DNA of 62,291 nucleotides, the filler included, from Sphacelaria rigidula (taxonomy: Eukaryota), in NCBI GenBank assembly GCA_964200075.2. It is 6 parts of 6 records of this genome, joined end to end, with 100 filler letters (N's around TTAATTAATTAA, not from the genome) between each part and the next. Parts side by side here need not be neighbours in the genome. Positions count along the whole stretch, not along the records: positions 10,401 to 20,699 come from CAXNAA020006762.1; positions 20,800 to 31,098 come from CAXNAA020006763.1; 4 more parts are not named here. One strand, given 5' to 3'. This document shows positions 12,707-24,610 of the stretch, in pieces. Each line of letters begins with the position of its first letter. Position 1 is the first letter of the stretch. The notes under the pieces are model-generated. The model made no database searches, had not been told where the DNA came from, and saw only the letters and a program-made list of their open reading frames with translations. The position numbers and the translations under genes are program-made.

Positions 12707-15700
12707 TCAGTACATTCTTCGACGAGTCCGTGGCGGGCTGCGCGCGGTATTCGTCTGAGTAGCCATGGATTCGTTAATCCACTTCAGCACGTCTTTGCTT
12801 CCCCATTTGTTGCAAGTAGCCATGTCGACGCGGCAACCGTTTTCCACTGCCCACTGGAACACTGTGAGGTGCCCCTTGTGGGCAGCGTTTAGGGTCGTAG
12901 CTTCATCCCAAGGGCACCCATTACTCCTAGCCCACTGAATCAGCTGCAGATGGCCGGACAGGGCCGCCATGGCGCACGTTTGCTCATTCCACGGGCAGGG
13001 CGGGTCTTGCGACCTGGTCCACTGAAGAACATGCAGATGTCCATTTCGCGCAGCAGCCGTGGATGTTCCCTCGCCCCATTGACAGTCCATCTGCCTCAAC
13101 AACCCCAGCACTTCCAGGTTCCCTTCCGACGCCGCTTCCTCACACGGTGCGCTTATCTTTTTCGGAAACGGGCATTTTGCATGTATCAAGAACAGCAGCA
13201 TCTCAATATCTCCACCGTTCGCTGCCGCGGCGATGCTGACCCTATCGGACAGCTTGCACCCCTGTGCCACAGCCCATTTGAGAACCTCGAAATTTCCCGA
13301 CTCGGCGGCACGTTGCGCCACCCTTCTGCCACGGCGAGCGACCCACGTGTGATCCTCGTCAAACGCTGCCTGAAGCGTTGATATATCCCCCTCATCAACT
13401 GCTTGGTCGATGGAAGCCCCATCATAAACAGGGACGAATATGTCTGCACACACGACCGGGTGTAGGGAGGGGGGAAAGGGTGTTGTCATGGTATCGCATG
13501 CTCTAGTCCTACAACGATTGAACTCGCATCCCTAAAACGCCGGAACGGAGCACGCCGGGTTTTCTCCGGACCAGGCTCGCAATCGATCACCAAGCGCGAA
13601 GCGCCCATGATATGTTCGGCGAGTCGCATGAAGGGTGAGTTGCAGGGGGGAATGGGGGGTACTCATTTGTTGCTTCCCTTAGTCGTTCGTCCATTGACCG
13701 CACCTCCTTTTCGAGACGGACCACCGTCCTTACGCCGAATAGAGATACCTCCAGCATTTAGATGCTCCGGAAGGGGCGGCAGGGAGCAAACGATGATTAT
13801 GTAGCCCACCGAAGGACAAATCTTGTCATGACAGCGGAACCTATGTTTGGCTTGAAAAGATTTGGTATTTTGTCATACTACCGTATGCTCACATTTTCTG
13901 TCAACTCATATGACAGCAGTAAAAGCGTAAAAAATTGTGCTGTCATAATGCGTGTCATAAATGGTTTCCCGGGAAAGGACTACGATCATGGGCGGGATAT
14001 TGACCCTTTTGGGACCGACTCCCCAAGTGACACGGGGTTGGCATTGTGTTAGTGAAATAAAAAGTCAGGGAGTGACCTGCCCAATCACGGCGAGGCGAAA
14101 TTCGGACACGATCGACCAGATTGGGGATTGTTACCAAATATGATGTCACTGCCAAGATCGTGTGGGGGTCCTGTCCCTGTTCCAGATAAAACGCCTCACC
14201 ACGTACCCAAAGCCCGGATGGTCGGGGAACGATTTTTCGTTTCACTTACATTCAATATAGCGCTCCAGTGATTTTCTGCGTGCTTTTTTTGGTTCGCCAG
14301 TCTATACTAGAACGTAATAATTACACTTACACATGACTGGGGGGGAGGGAGTAAGGAAAAAGCGTGCATGCCACATTATGGTCATTTTCACGAGGGCACT
14401 AAACCGATATGGGCCGTGGAACGAGAGAAGGAGCTATAGTAATGAATTCCGCCTATCCCTTTGCCGATGCCTCGCAGTGTGCAATAAAGATGTATGTAGT
14501 GGGCGGGGACGAACGCTGTGCATAAGGAGCTGATCTCCGAACCTGAGGACTGCCCAGAACGTCCAAGGGAGTATGCAGCGGCAGCTGTTGCTGCATTAGG
14601 AGAGGCACTGTACTGCATGTGCACCGTAACACCCATGCCCTTCGAAGAGAGTTTGTCGCTTGCAACAAAGAGGGGAACTCGGCCCACCCGACTACAAAGG
14701 GCTGTGTGGCAAGGTGATGGGAACAATAGTATCATCCAAAGCCACAAGTGGCGGGTGGCCCGCTGGTCGCCACATCCTGTCGAAAGCTCTCTACGGCGAC
14801 CCATACTGCTTCTTACACCTGTACATTACATCTGGAAATTACCTGATGCGCACCCCACCCTGATTACAGTCTGTACCTTCATCTGAAAATAGATTGCATG
14901 AAACTTTCGGTCTTCCTCCTAACCCTGCCGTTACATACGTAGGTTTTCAGCAACATGAAGCCAATGTTTCGTGCAGACGCCAGGCACGTCATTCCCAACC
15001 AGCCCCATTGGTCATTTTGGAAAACCGGTCCCAAAAGGGTTGAATTCCGCATCACGGTGATATCTGTATCTTCATACTCATCTTCGACGGTGTTCATGTC
15101 CCTTTTCAAAGCCCATGCCTTTCCTATCAGTCACCCAGCAATCAAGATCATCTTGATTCTTTCCCTCCTTTCAGGGCACAGTGATCTGATGCCACGATTG
15201 ACTTCTCAAGGTCTACACGTCTCACCTTGAGGTCGCCCCACGTACAATGGGAGTTACTCAGCGCGGATAGAGCCCGCCATCATAGAGAACGGCTTCATAT
15301 TTTGTTGCGCTCAATGGTCATTGAGGTTTGTGACAGTCTCAGTTGCTTTACGATTCTGCATAGTGTACTATTAACTGGTCCCGTGACGGTGTGCCCAACC
15401 GCCGTCTCCAATCACCTCATTAGATTGAACCTAGGCGTACGAGGGTTCCCACATTAAACTGTAGGTGTGAGGGGAACTAGGACCAACGTCTCCAGAACAC
15501 CATTCCCGAATCAAATTTTCACCCCTGGCCACTTCAAGATACGTCACTCAAGTCGGCCAGCCTGGCAATATCATGGATCCTGGATCATGACGCTCGAGCA
15601 GTTATTCTCAGCGGCGAGTATTGCAGAAACATTCTGCTCACCTGATGGCGTTTCGGATGGCTCCGGATCGCTCAGACGCTCTCGTTCCTCATCCTGGCTG

Positions 15701-17487
15701 CCACCTTCGGGGAAATAATCCTGAGAACGAAAACGAAGACGGGGAGGAGGGATGTGACGAGTAATGGAGGTAGAGTACGAAAGTCCCATGGCCAAGCGTA
15801 AGGTGTGAGGCCGGCCATTTCATATGGTTGCCGTCTAGGGGCGCACTCGATTTGCACGGCGGAGTTCTCATTCCCGCCGTGAAACATACGAACGCGGGCG
15901 TTCACTAGTATCTGCTCAGCTACGGCGTTCTGGCTTCGTGAATACAGAGGCAGAAGCTCAAATTTGTTCAGTTTTTCATGGGAGCACGCACATGGATATA
16001 TTCCTCGTTATTTTCTACGCGTTTCTCACACCACCTGAACGTTGTGACCGTGGTTTTGTTTTCGCTCTGTGCTCCGGAAAAATACGAAGCGTAAGGACGT
16101 GTCGACTTTGTACCAAGAAAATTCGTTCGGAGACTAACAGCGTGTGTTGGAGAAACTCACCGTGGCGGCAGCTGTAACTGGCGGATTCGGCCCTGCGGAT
16201 GAGGCTCCCTCGCTAGCACAACAGTCACCGCCTGATGCCGATGGAAAACAGTAGCGTCGTCAAGCATGCGTGGATCAGGTGATTCCTCCGCAAAACGTGT
16301 TCTCAGAGTCGACCTTGGTGTTCAGCTGCAGACGTGATATGCTGTCATCACAACCCCCGTGCGTGGAACACGGCTCTTCCTCTCCACCATTTCATGAATT
16401 CAAATCTACAGCAATTGTTTTCTTCGTGTGGGCGGACGTTATCTACTACGCAATGCTTCGAACAAGCATTTTAGGCGCGTACAGAAAGACCCGGTGATTG
16501 CTTGCTCAGCAACGGTTTGCGAATCATGAGGAGCTACTTCATAAGATTGTTTATAGAAGAAAAATATATTTAGTCCATACAAAGAAACGGTGGGCGTGCA
16601 TATTTCTGTATTCGAGTATCAGCCAAAATCTGCCTTCTTTGATTCCCGTGATGAATCACCTTCAGCATTTCATTACTTTCAGATTTATATTTGAACAAGG
16701 GACGCTCTATAGTGAAATTCCCCCTGAACACTATGGAACAGACCAGCATGCTGAAACTCTGGTCACCTTGTGATGAGGTATCCTGTGACTCGTCATCATC
16801 CAAGGAGATCACTTCCTGCGGCTCATCATCCACAGAGATCACTTCTATCTTCATCCCATCGGCGGGACCGCTACACGCCTGGTGGGTAAAACCAAGAAAC
16901 AGATTGCAGCGAGGAGGGGAGGTGCCCACACACCGAGGGAGCGGGGACGGGGAAGGGGCACTCATGATTTTGCATGCCATAGTGAGGTGGCCATTGACCT
17001 CGCATCCCTACAAAGGCGGGACGGAGTACGTTCGGTTTTTGCCAAGGGGGGGGCCACTCCTATTTCGCATGCTGTAGCTGCTGGGCCAATCACTGGATGT
17101 CCTCGAGGAGACGGAACACATTGCCAACGATGGTCGACAGTTCGTCTTCCTACTATGCGAAAGGCTACGACTAATTTATTCAGCCACAAAACCCCGTGGG
17201 GCGTCTGCCGAAATGAGTCAACGATCAACGCTCGTTGCTCTTCAAGCTTCGGAGGGGGTCTGGATCTCTGTGTACCACGTCCAAGACAGGCCTCAAGCGA
17301 GTAGAACATCGCAGTGCGTACGTGGGCCGCACTGTGTTGCCAGTCATTTGACCGCCTACTGTATACCGAAGTTGTACTCATAACCAAAAAAACGAGGGGT
17401 AAGGGATACGAGCGCTCACGATACTAGCGGGTGCTTGGGACCGGAAAGGGGGCGCTTGAGCTGGCGCCGTGGATGCAGCAGCTACAC
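12707..17487 (-). CDS. spliced ankyrin-repeat protein with acidic N-terminal region and tandem SIM-like motifs (5' end unresolved)
   Basis: Phase-compatible AG/GT exons: 17420-17487 (GVAAASTAPAQ...), 16767-16878 (IEVISVDDEPQEVISLDDDE), 16161-16231, 15642-15720 (DYFPEGGSQDEERE...), possibly 14543-14590, and terminal exon 12707-13443. The terminal exon has ~6 repeats of the type AAxxGHLxVLQWxRxxxCPWxE. Confidence 0.75.
13470..13645 (-). mobile_element. oligo(C)-ended repeat family C, 5'-truncated copy in the last intron of the ankyrin gene
   Basis: Colinear with 20825-21152 and 37255-37534 (CTCGCATCCCTA..GGAGCACGCCGGG..CCAGGCTCGCAATC..CCAAGCGCGAAGCGC). Flanked by AGGGGGGAA at 13468 and 13644. 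Confidence 0.8.
16950..17053 (-). mobile_element. repeat family C, short 5'-truncated copy
   Basis: ACTCATGATTTTGCATGCCATAGT..CCATTGACCTCGCATCCCTACAAAG..GGACGGAG, between G runs. Confidence 0.8.
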
Positions 17488-17629
17488 CTGCAAAATTTTA
17501 CAACGGGGGACGCACAGTGAGGAGTGGGAGGAGGCGTATACGAGCGTTCAAAGTCGTGACGTTGATTGTCTTGTTCCACTTCTGAGGTGTCAAGAGTGGA
17601 AACTGGTACGGAGGTATGGCGTTATGGTA

Positions 17630-19750
17630 CCGTGCATCAATCATCACGAGTGCAAAATACATCACGGTTCGAACGAACAAAGAGATTATACGGGTCGACC
17701 CCCCATGAATGTTGAATGCTAATCATGTACCAAAGAGTCACCCAGTACGACTCACGGACGGCAACGTTGCACGTTCAAGGTCATACCGCACGAATCACGA
17801 CTTGGGAATGTGTACGCTCCAAGCAGGGTCACACAAGTCAAGAATGCAAAATATGTATGAATCACGACTCCTGTATGAAGCACTGGAAGGGAACATACAA
17901 ACTTGATTCATGTCGTATGAATCGAAGGTGTGTACCACAACATTCACGTATGATTCATACCGAATAACGGAAACTGGGAAACATGCAAGCTTGATTCACG
18001 TCGTACGGATGGAAGGAGGAAATGAATGTATGATTCATGCTATCTGGAAGGGAGGAAATATGCACACTTTATTCACCCCGCATAAAGGGAAGATGAGGAA
18101 CATGTGACAGTGATTCATGCCCCATGAACCGAAGCGGAGAAACATGTACTCTTGCTTTTATTTCGTTTTTTTTATCCGTTCTTTTTTCTGTTCTCCTCTC
18201 CTTGTTTTTTTCAAGGTCGGCCATCTCTTTTTTGTGCTTTGCTTTTGTTGATTTTCCTCTCTTCCTATTTTTTTTTCTACGTCTCAGTCTACTATGTCGT
18301 TCTGTTCGACTTTCTTCTCATCCTTCGTTTTATTGTACGAGTGTTTCAGTTTTGCTTCCTTGGGTACGTCCATCATGCCATCACGGCTGGACCAATGGGT
18401 GGTAGGTTAAAGTGCCACAAGCAGTCAATCAATCAAATCAATTACTTGATTACCGTCGTGTGAATGGAACGTGAGAAACACGTGCCTATAACTGGTTCTC
18501 ACGAACGCGAGGTGGAAAACATGTGCATGGATCACGTGATGCATGCTGGATTAATCGAAGGGCAAGAATACAGCATGTATACAAGATTCACGCCGTGTAA
18601 GTGGAAGGTTTCGTACTACTGTTGATTGTTGCCTGCTGTACAGATTGTACTATGCTACGCTGTGTTGTACTGTACCGTCCGCTGACTGCAGTAGGCACCG
18701 CCGGAGCGTTTCTCGAAACTCACGCGAACACGCGGGGGGGACTCTTACAGTACCGGTGCTGTCCGTCGCTGTTCTTGTACTCATATATATATATATATAT
18801 ATTCAGGCAAAATGTACCGCAGAACAAACTTGGAAAGCAAAAGGGCCGCCAACAGCATAGCTCGGGGGAAAACACAAGTGAGAATAATCACTCGAATCGC
18901 GCAGATGCGTGCTGTGCCATGCTGTAACGTACTGTCTGCGGACTGCGGTGTGCGCTGCCGGTGTTTTGCCGAAAACTCCCGCGAGCATGCGAGGACGACT
19001 CGCGCTTGTGCTGTGTTCTTCGCAAGTGTTCGTGGTGTTGTCTACGGTACGTCCAAGCCAACTTCGCCACATAACACGACATGAAGCTACAAAGGCTGTC
19101 GAGAGTACGGCTTGGGAAAATAAATGCCTACAACAAGCGCTCTGGGCACGCGGACGCGTTTGTTATCCTACAGTTGATGTGTTGCGTGCGAGTACAAAAT
19201 TCGAAATTGGGTTTATGGCGGATTTGGCTCTCCAAAGTTTCTCGACCTGTATGTTCTTTTGCCTAGCCCATCTGCAAGAAGGCCGCGCCACCGAAGAGTC
19301 GTGCTTCATGAGACGACAGGTGGGGAACAACATCGTCTCGTTATCTGTATCGTATGAGCAGAAGGTGGGAGCATGTACACATGATCCACGCTGCATAAAT
19401 TCAAAGTGGGAAACATGTACGCTTGATTCATCTCCTATGAATCGAAGATGGGGAACCTGTACGTATGGTTCACGCTGTTGCATGAATGCAAATTGCATAA
19501 AACGTGTATGCTTGATCCACCTCGTATGAATGGAAAGTGGGGGACATATACCTATGATTCCCCTCGTATGAATGGAAGGTGGGGAACGTGTGCCTGTGTT
19601 TCATACTGGATGAACAGACTTGGGAGGCATGAACCCATCATTCGTACCATACGAGTGGAGGGTAGCAAACGTGTACCTTCGACGGTGTACCGCACGAATC
19701 ACGATCCAGATGTCTTGTGTCACAACTTGTGTACAGTTCGTATGATTGCT
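17630..19750. repeat. degenerate 42-bp minisatellite with internal palindrome, interrupted by insertions
   Basis: Unit ~ACATGTACGCTTGATTCACGTCGTATGAATCGAAGGTGGGAA, clearest at 19370-19600 and 17890-18150. GATTCA-N7-TGAATC stem in the best units. Confidence 0.8.
18155..18444 (+). mobile_element. 3' end of a non-LTR retroelement with (AATC)n tail, inserted in the minisatellite
   Basis: Pyrimidine-rich tract ending CAGTCAATCAATCAAATCAATT; the minisatellite resumes in register (CTTG on both sides). Confidence 0.6.
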
Positions 19751-20207
19751 TCGTTCAAATGTTGAATTCGAGTCGAACCAAGATTTTAGTCGCCCGAACC
19801 GTGAAATAGATCATGTCTGCTCGCAGACAGCGCTGATTCTTCATCTACACGAGGAATAAACTCGCTTGAACTAGGGGAACTACGCCATGCACGTGCATGT
19901 ATACCATAAGCAAGGGGAAGATTAAGAACATCATTCTAGACCGCTCCCAGTGGACAACCATTTCCTCATCTTTTCCCCAGCCGTTTAGTTTCGGGGCATG
20001 TTGACGTTCTTGCTCCAGGACACGGAAAATCATCGTCGCTTGCCTTGACCACTGTTCACCATCTACCTGAGAGAACTCTGGCACATTTTCTAGAGCAAGG
20101 TTACTTTCACAGGATGCGCAAACAATCACTTGTAGAAACTCTGATTAAGAGTGGAATAAAGGAAGGACTCCTCAAGACGTATCTGAATAATCGTAGGGGA
20201 CGGAAGG

Positions 20208-20325
20208 TTGGGCGAGGGGCTCCATATCGCTGAACGACCCCCCCCCCCGCCCCCAGGTGGCCGGAACCTCATTATGGGGCAGTAGGAGGGGGGGGGGTAC
20301 CCCCCTGATCGATGGATGATGGCGA
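20208..20325 (-). repeat. inverted partner of the 11467-11615 motif
   Basis: Reverse complement reads CGCCATCATCCATCGATCAGGGGGGTACCCCCC...GGGGGGTCGTTCAGCGATATGGAGCCCCTCGCCC. Confidence 0.7.
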
Positions 20326-20699
20326 TGGTGCTGTACTGCACCGCACGTACATGTCGGCAGCGTTCGCCTGCGCAGGGTATAGAAATGCACTGGCCCAACA
20401 TGAACCTCACGTAGACTTCATTTGGGAACTGCCACTACCTCAATGTTGAATACTCCTTGTGCCTGCACCACGTCCACAACATTGCCCTTTGCAACCTCTC
20501 CCTGTCTTGTGTCGCAGTACAGTATGATGGCGACATGTAGAGATACGCATTGTGTGAGCACGGTTGTCTGCCCAAACGCGGGCAAAGTACACGATCATGT
20601 ACTATTCACGTTATACATATCTATATTACACACGTCGGACACATCAGTTTCTATGCGATCCAGCTCCGGCAGATGAAGTATGAACACACTTGTGTACCT

Positions 20700-20799
20700 N
20701 NNNNNNNNNNNNNNNNNNNNNNNNNNNNNNNNNNNNNNNNNNNTTAATTAATTAANNNNNNNNNNNNNNNNNNNNNNNNNNNNNNNNNNNNNNNNNNNN
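20700..20799. other. artificial contig linker
   Basis: N44-TTAATTAATTAA-N44. Confidence 0.97.
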
Positions 20800-20824
20800 C
20801 GACCCCCCGCAAACCGGGGGGGGT

Positions 20825-21152
20825 GGGGGGGGGGGGGGGGGGGGGTGTTTTCATGATCTTGCATGCCATAGTCATATGGCCATTCACCTAACATCTCTAC
20901 AAGGCCGGGACGGAGCACGTCGGGTTCTCGCCAGACTAGGTTCGCAATCAATCACCAAGCGCGAAGCGCTGTGGTGTTGGGTGTTCGGCGAGTCGCAAGA
21001 AGGGTTAGCGACATCCTGCTGAGATTTTTCGGCCCGAAGCGTACTGATTATCTTGCATGTGGATGACAGCCTACAATGAGTTGCTTCATTTTCTGGTATT
21101 GCCACTTTCAGAGACGGCCACGGATTCCGCACTGCCTCATGGGTGTCTCATC
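20825..21152 (-). mobile_element. repeat family C, longest copy, with long poly-G/C end
   Basis: G21-TGTTTTCATGATCTTGCATGCC...GCCTCATGGGTGTCTCA; matches 37255-37534 plus a ~30-nt internal segment. A further fragment lies at ~21360-21400. Confidence 0.85.
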
Positions 21153-21797
21153 ATTTAAACACTACATAGTGTGACCATCCCCTTTGCGCGGAGTCGAGGT
21201 TCTCCCACCCCGCAGAATATGATCCAGCTCGACCACCATCATGGTTGTCGCAAAAAAACGCAAGAGCGCTATAAACCCTGGTGACCTGGTTGTCTAGCTT
21301 ACGCAATGAGTGGCGTGTTTGACAGTGTCATTGCCAACCGACGCCAACCCCATACTGTAGGGTGTCCATCCCAACAAAGCCAGGACGGAGCACGGGGGGG
21401 GCTGAGGCAATTGTTGCACGAAGGAGCCACGTTGAAAATGTCGCTGCATGCAGAAGTATCCTTACGAGTGCTCTGGGCATCAATGCCATTACTATGAAGT
21501 CCCTGTCCAAACCACTCGCCACCGTTTCGACCCATACAGGTTTTTATTACTAATGTGTCAAGTCGTGTACCACGCTCGTGACCCCATATTTTCGTGCAAC
21601 TGAATACTCCCCCCCCCCCCGTATCGTACGATCAGACGAGAGTACTCAAAAATATGAACAAGGCCAAACGTTTACGCAATCCACTATTGTAATACCGTAA
21701 TTCCCAACACAATGACAAACCCCAAGGCAGCAGCGTGGCAACGTCATCAGCAATATGACGAAAAGTACCCCACCGCGCTTGCAACGCCAGTACTCAC

Positions 21798-23585
21798 CTT
21801 CACCATGGCCTCCATCAAAGCATCTTCTTCCCCTACATTGCCTGGAAATACCACCAAGGGAAGCCTCGGCCAACGGCTATCATCGGGCATGGACCACACA
21901 GGTACACCGGGCAGGATCTGCCCCATCACCTTTTTGATCAACATGCAACGAAGACACGGCAGCGCTATCGTTCGTGGATGGTTCGCGGGGTTGGTCATCG
22001 TGCTCTTGCTTCATGCAGTCGCTAGTGACTCTTGACTGCGTGGAGTGCCCGACCGAGGTTTATTGGCAAGCACAGCCGGCCACCGCTACAAATGAATTCG
22101 GATGCAGGACGTACGTCAGCGTGGTGCCAGGCGCCGAGTAAGGAAAATACGCGTAGCGTAAAGCGCCCCTCGCACATAAATAAATATATGGTATTGGAAA
22201 AAACACGTTGGAAAACTGCTACAACGCGGGTCCTATAACAGCCCGGTCAAGGTGACGGACACGCCCCAGCACGATGACAGAGCATGCATACAAACCGAAA
22301 AGCATGAGGTTACACGAGATCATGCATGCGATGACAACGATAGCAGCGGCAACAGCGACGGAGACGACGACAGCTAAAGGAACACCAAAGAGCACAAGCA
22401 AAGAGCAGCCTCCTCAGCCGTCTCGCGTAACGGTGTAGTTGCAACTTTTCTCTATCTCGTTTTTTATTCTTCATCACACTTTGAACCCCTCCCCTTCTTC
22501 GGGATGAGTCCGCGGTCTCAGGGGATCATCCCATTTCTCCCTCGGTACACGCCTTACATTTTGGTCTCGCGGATAGGGTCATGACTATCAGCACTCCCGC
22601 ACCGTGTCAACTCACGTCACACCAACCCAGTCGACTACTTTGTTTACTCCCGCTCTCACGCTTTCCACGGTGGAAATCAGAGATTGCGAAGAAAAACCCA
22701 ACGCATCGAGAGTCGAACCCTCGTTCTCTCCACCCTAATGGCGACAGTCGGACCATTACACCACTGGGGCGCGGCGGCTAACCATAGTTCGAGTTGTTCC
22801 CATGCTAGGGAGGTGCTGGAAAGGCGAGTCTACGTCCATGACTATGGGTTCTAGAGATCAGGCTATTGTTCGGGGAAAAAAAAAATGCAATGGGGTTTCA
22901 ATTGTTGCAAGGGCAGGTCGAGTGGAGTATACTCAATTGCGGGGTATTTTGAAAGACGTACTAGAGGTACTCAAATTAGGGTAGTGTCAGGAGTCGTACC
23001 CAAAAAATAACTGGGAAGCGATCTCTAAAACAATACTCCCAATTTGTGTACTCTGGGCACGACTTTCGAAATACCCCGCAATTGAGTATACTCTACTCGA
23101 CCTGCCCTTGAGTTGTTGCCCGGGATTGCCCCAAGGAGTGAGTCAAACATCTCCCTTTTCCGCAAAATCACTCCCTGCACCTATTTTCGCGATTTTACTT
23201 TCTAGGGCGACAACGACATAGCGACATAACCCCCAGCCTACGAATCTTGTTTCCACCCAGGCAGCACTCAACAGTGGATCCCTCATTCACACAACAATTT
23301 TCTCGAAAATGCCTCCACACACACACACACACACACTAGCGTAGGACGTCCAATTTGTACCTCTGCTTTTTTCATCCCGAGAGCTTTGGTAGCGACATCG
23401 CTGGACGTGATCCCCCCCTTGGACACCAAAAATCTTGGTCGCTCTTCGACTCCGGCGACGCATGCCACCAAAGCAGCACCCACGCGCTCCCCGAAAACTA
23501 ATCCACCGGCCCCGTCCCCCTGCAGAGGAACGCCTCTGCTGGTGTACATGATCACGTCTCTGCCTCGAGACAACTCCAGACTCAC
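21798..23585 (-). CDS. four-carbon acid sugar kinase family (DUF1537, nucleotide-binding C domain) protein, two exons: 23361-23585 and 21798-21929
   Basis: Phase-0 AG/GT exons give ...GRDVIMYTSR...RPRFLVSKGGITSSDVATKALGMKKAE|VMGQILPGVPVWSMPDDSRWPRLPLVVFPGNVGEEDAL. KGGITSSD, GQxxxGVP and PGNVG are family hallmarks. Confidence 0.85.
22430..22778 (-). mobile_element. tRNA-derived SINE
   Basis: Minus-strand head GCCCCAGTGGTGTAATGG (A box) ... GGGTTCGACTC (B box), then a non-tRNA body; same family as 26351-26471. Confidence 0.75.
22908..23110. mobile_element. hAT-like MITE
   Basis: ~48-bp TIRs CAAGGGCAGGTCGAGT(G/A)GAGTATACTCAATTGCGGGGTATTT; 8-bp TSD AATTGTTG / AGTTGTTG. Confidence 0.8.
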
Positions 23586-24057
23586 CTAGACCCCGAGGGC
23601 ACGATCGGCGGAGTGTCGTGTTAGGATGCGGGACGACAGGAAAATCAGCACGGTTTCGGGCTTTACTGCCTCATTACCTTGTTCGGGCTCGATGCTCGAG
23701 GTTTGTATTGTATTTGTAATCCAAAAAGCAATCGGATATTCCATGTTGTCTTCTACTTCTTCAGTTGGTACTTTCAATCCCCGCCCCTTATGGGGGTTAC
23801 GTCCCGTGTCAAGGGATCAGCGGGTCTTTTCCCCAGTACGCATACTATCGTGAGTAATATTTTCTCCACTTATTCCCACTACTAGCGGGAAATGGTGCAG
23901 CGCTTTTGATCGAGAATACCATCCACGCGGCTAGACTATCGCCCGGCGGCATATCACGAGGACTGACGCTCCCGGAGAATCCCTCCCTCATTGTTTTGCA
24001 TGTCAATTGATAGGCAATCTTCACCACCGAGGGCTGTAGAAACCAAATTCCACACTT

Positions 24058-24350
24058 GATTGATTAATTGATTGCCGCGCAATAACTGATCTCCCATCCT
24101 CTCGGACACCAGCCTTGGTCGTTAGACAGAAGATAGGCACGCCCGAGGTGGATAAAGAGCAAAACACTCGCTCAAGGGAGCTCTCAAGAGACGGGGAAAA
24201 ACGAATTTTTCATCATACAATACAGTGGAAACAGAACATAACGAGGAGCAGAAGGAATGAAGGAGGAAGGAAAACAAGGAGGGGCAATGAGGAGGAAGGA
24301 CAGGAGAAGCAAGAAAGTAAAAGACATGACGCCAATATAGATATACTCTA
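24058..24350 (-). mobile_element. 3' end of a non-LTR retroelement ((AATC)n-like tail)
   Basis: GATTGATTAATTGATTG followed by a purine-rich + strand tract (pyrimidine-rich UTR on the minus strand). Confidence 0.5.
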
Positions 24351-24360
24351 GGAACCGGTC

Positions 24361-24610
24361 GCCCCGGTGGCTCAGTTGGTAACCTCGTAACCTTCTGGTG
24401 GTCGAGTTGTGGGGTACGATTCTCGGAGCGATCTGGGATTTTTCTTACACCATGCTCAGCAGTGGAGAGCGACTATGTCGTAGGTACACGAAATTCGACT
24501 TGACGGTCGACGAGGGAAAGGGACTGCTGAATCCCTCTCGTGATAAAAAAATAAGAGGCACGCACCGCAGAAGGACGGTGGGGTACTAAACACAAATAAA
24601 AAAGAAAAAG
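24361..24610 (+). mobile_element. tRNA-derived SINE (different tRNA head)
   Basis: GCCCCGGTGGCTCAGTTGGT A box, degenerate B box GGGTACGATTCTC, A-rich end; no intact cloverleaf. Confidence 0.65.

Noticed and set aside
13444-13489. Repeat C donating the ATG of an intronless viral-like ankyrin gene (likewise ORF 16570-16980)
   Set aside because: The ATG does align with the repeat's CATGAGTACA end, but a CAG acceptor at 13444-13446 and phase-compatible upstream exons explain the ORF better as a terminal exon.
17630-19750. CRISPR-like array of palindromic repeats
   Set aside because: Units are contiguous and degenerate with no unique spacers, no cas genes, and the context is eukaryotic.
24361-24440. 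Functional tRNA genes (also 22700-22775 and 26351-26415)
   Set aside because: A/B boxes are present, but the cloverleaf is not intact and the sequence runs into shared repeat bodies, so these are SINE heads.
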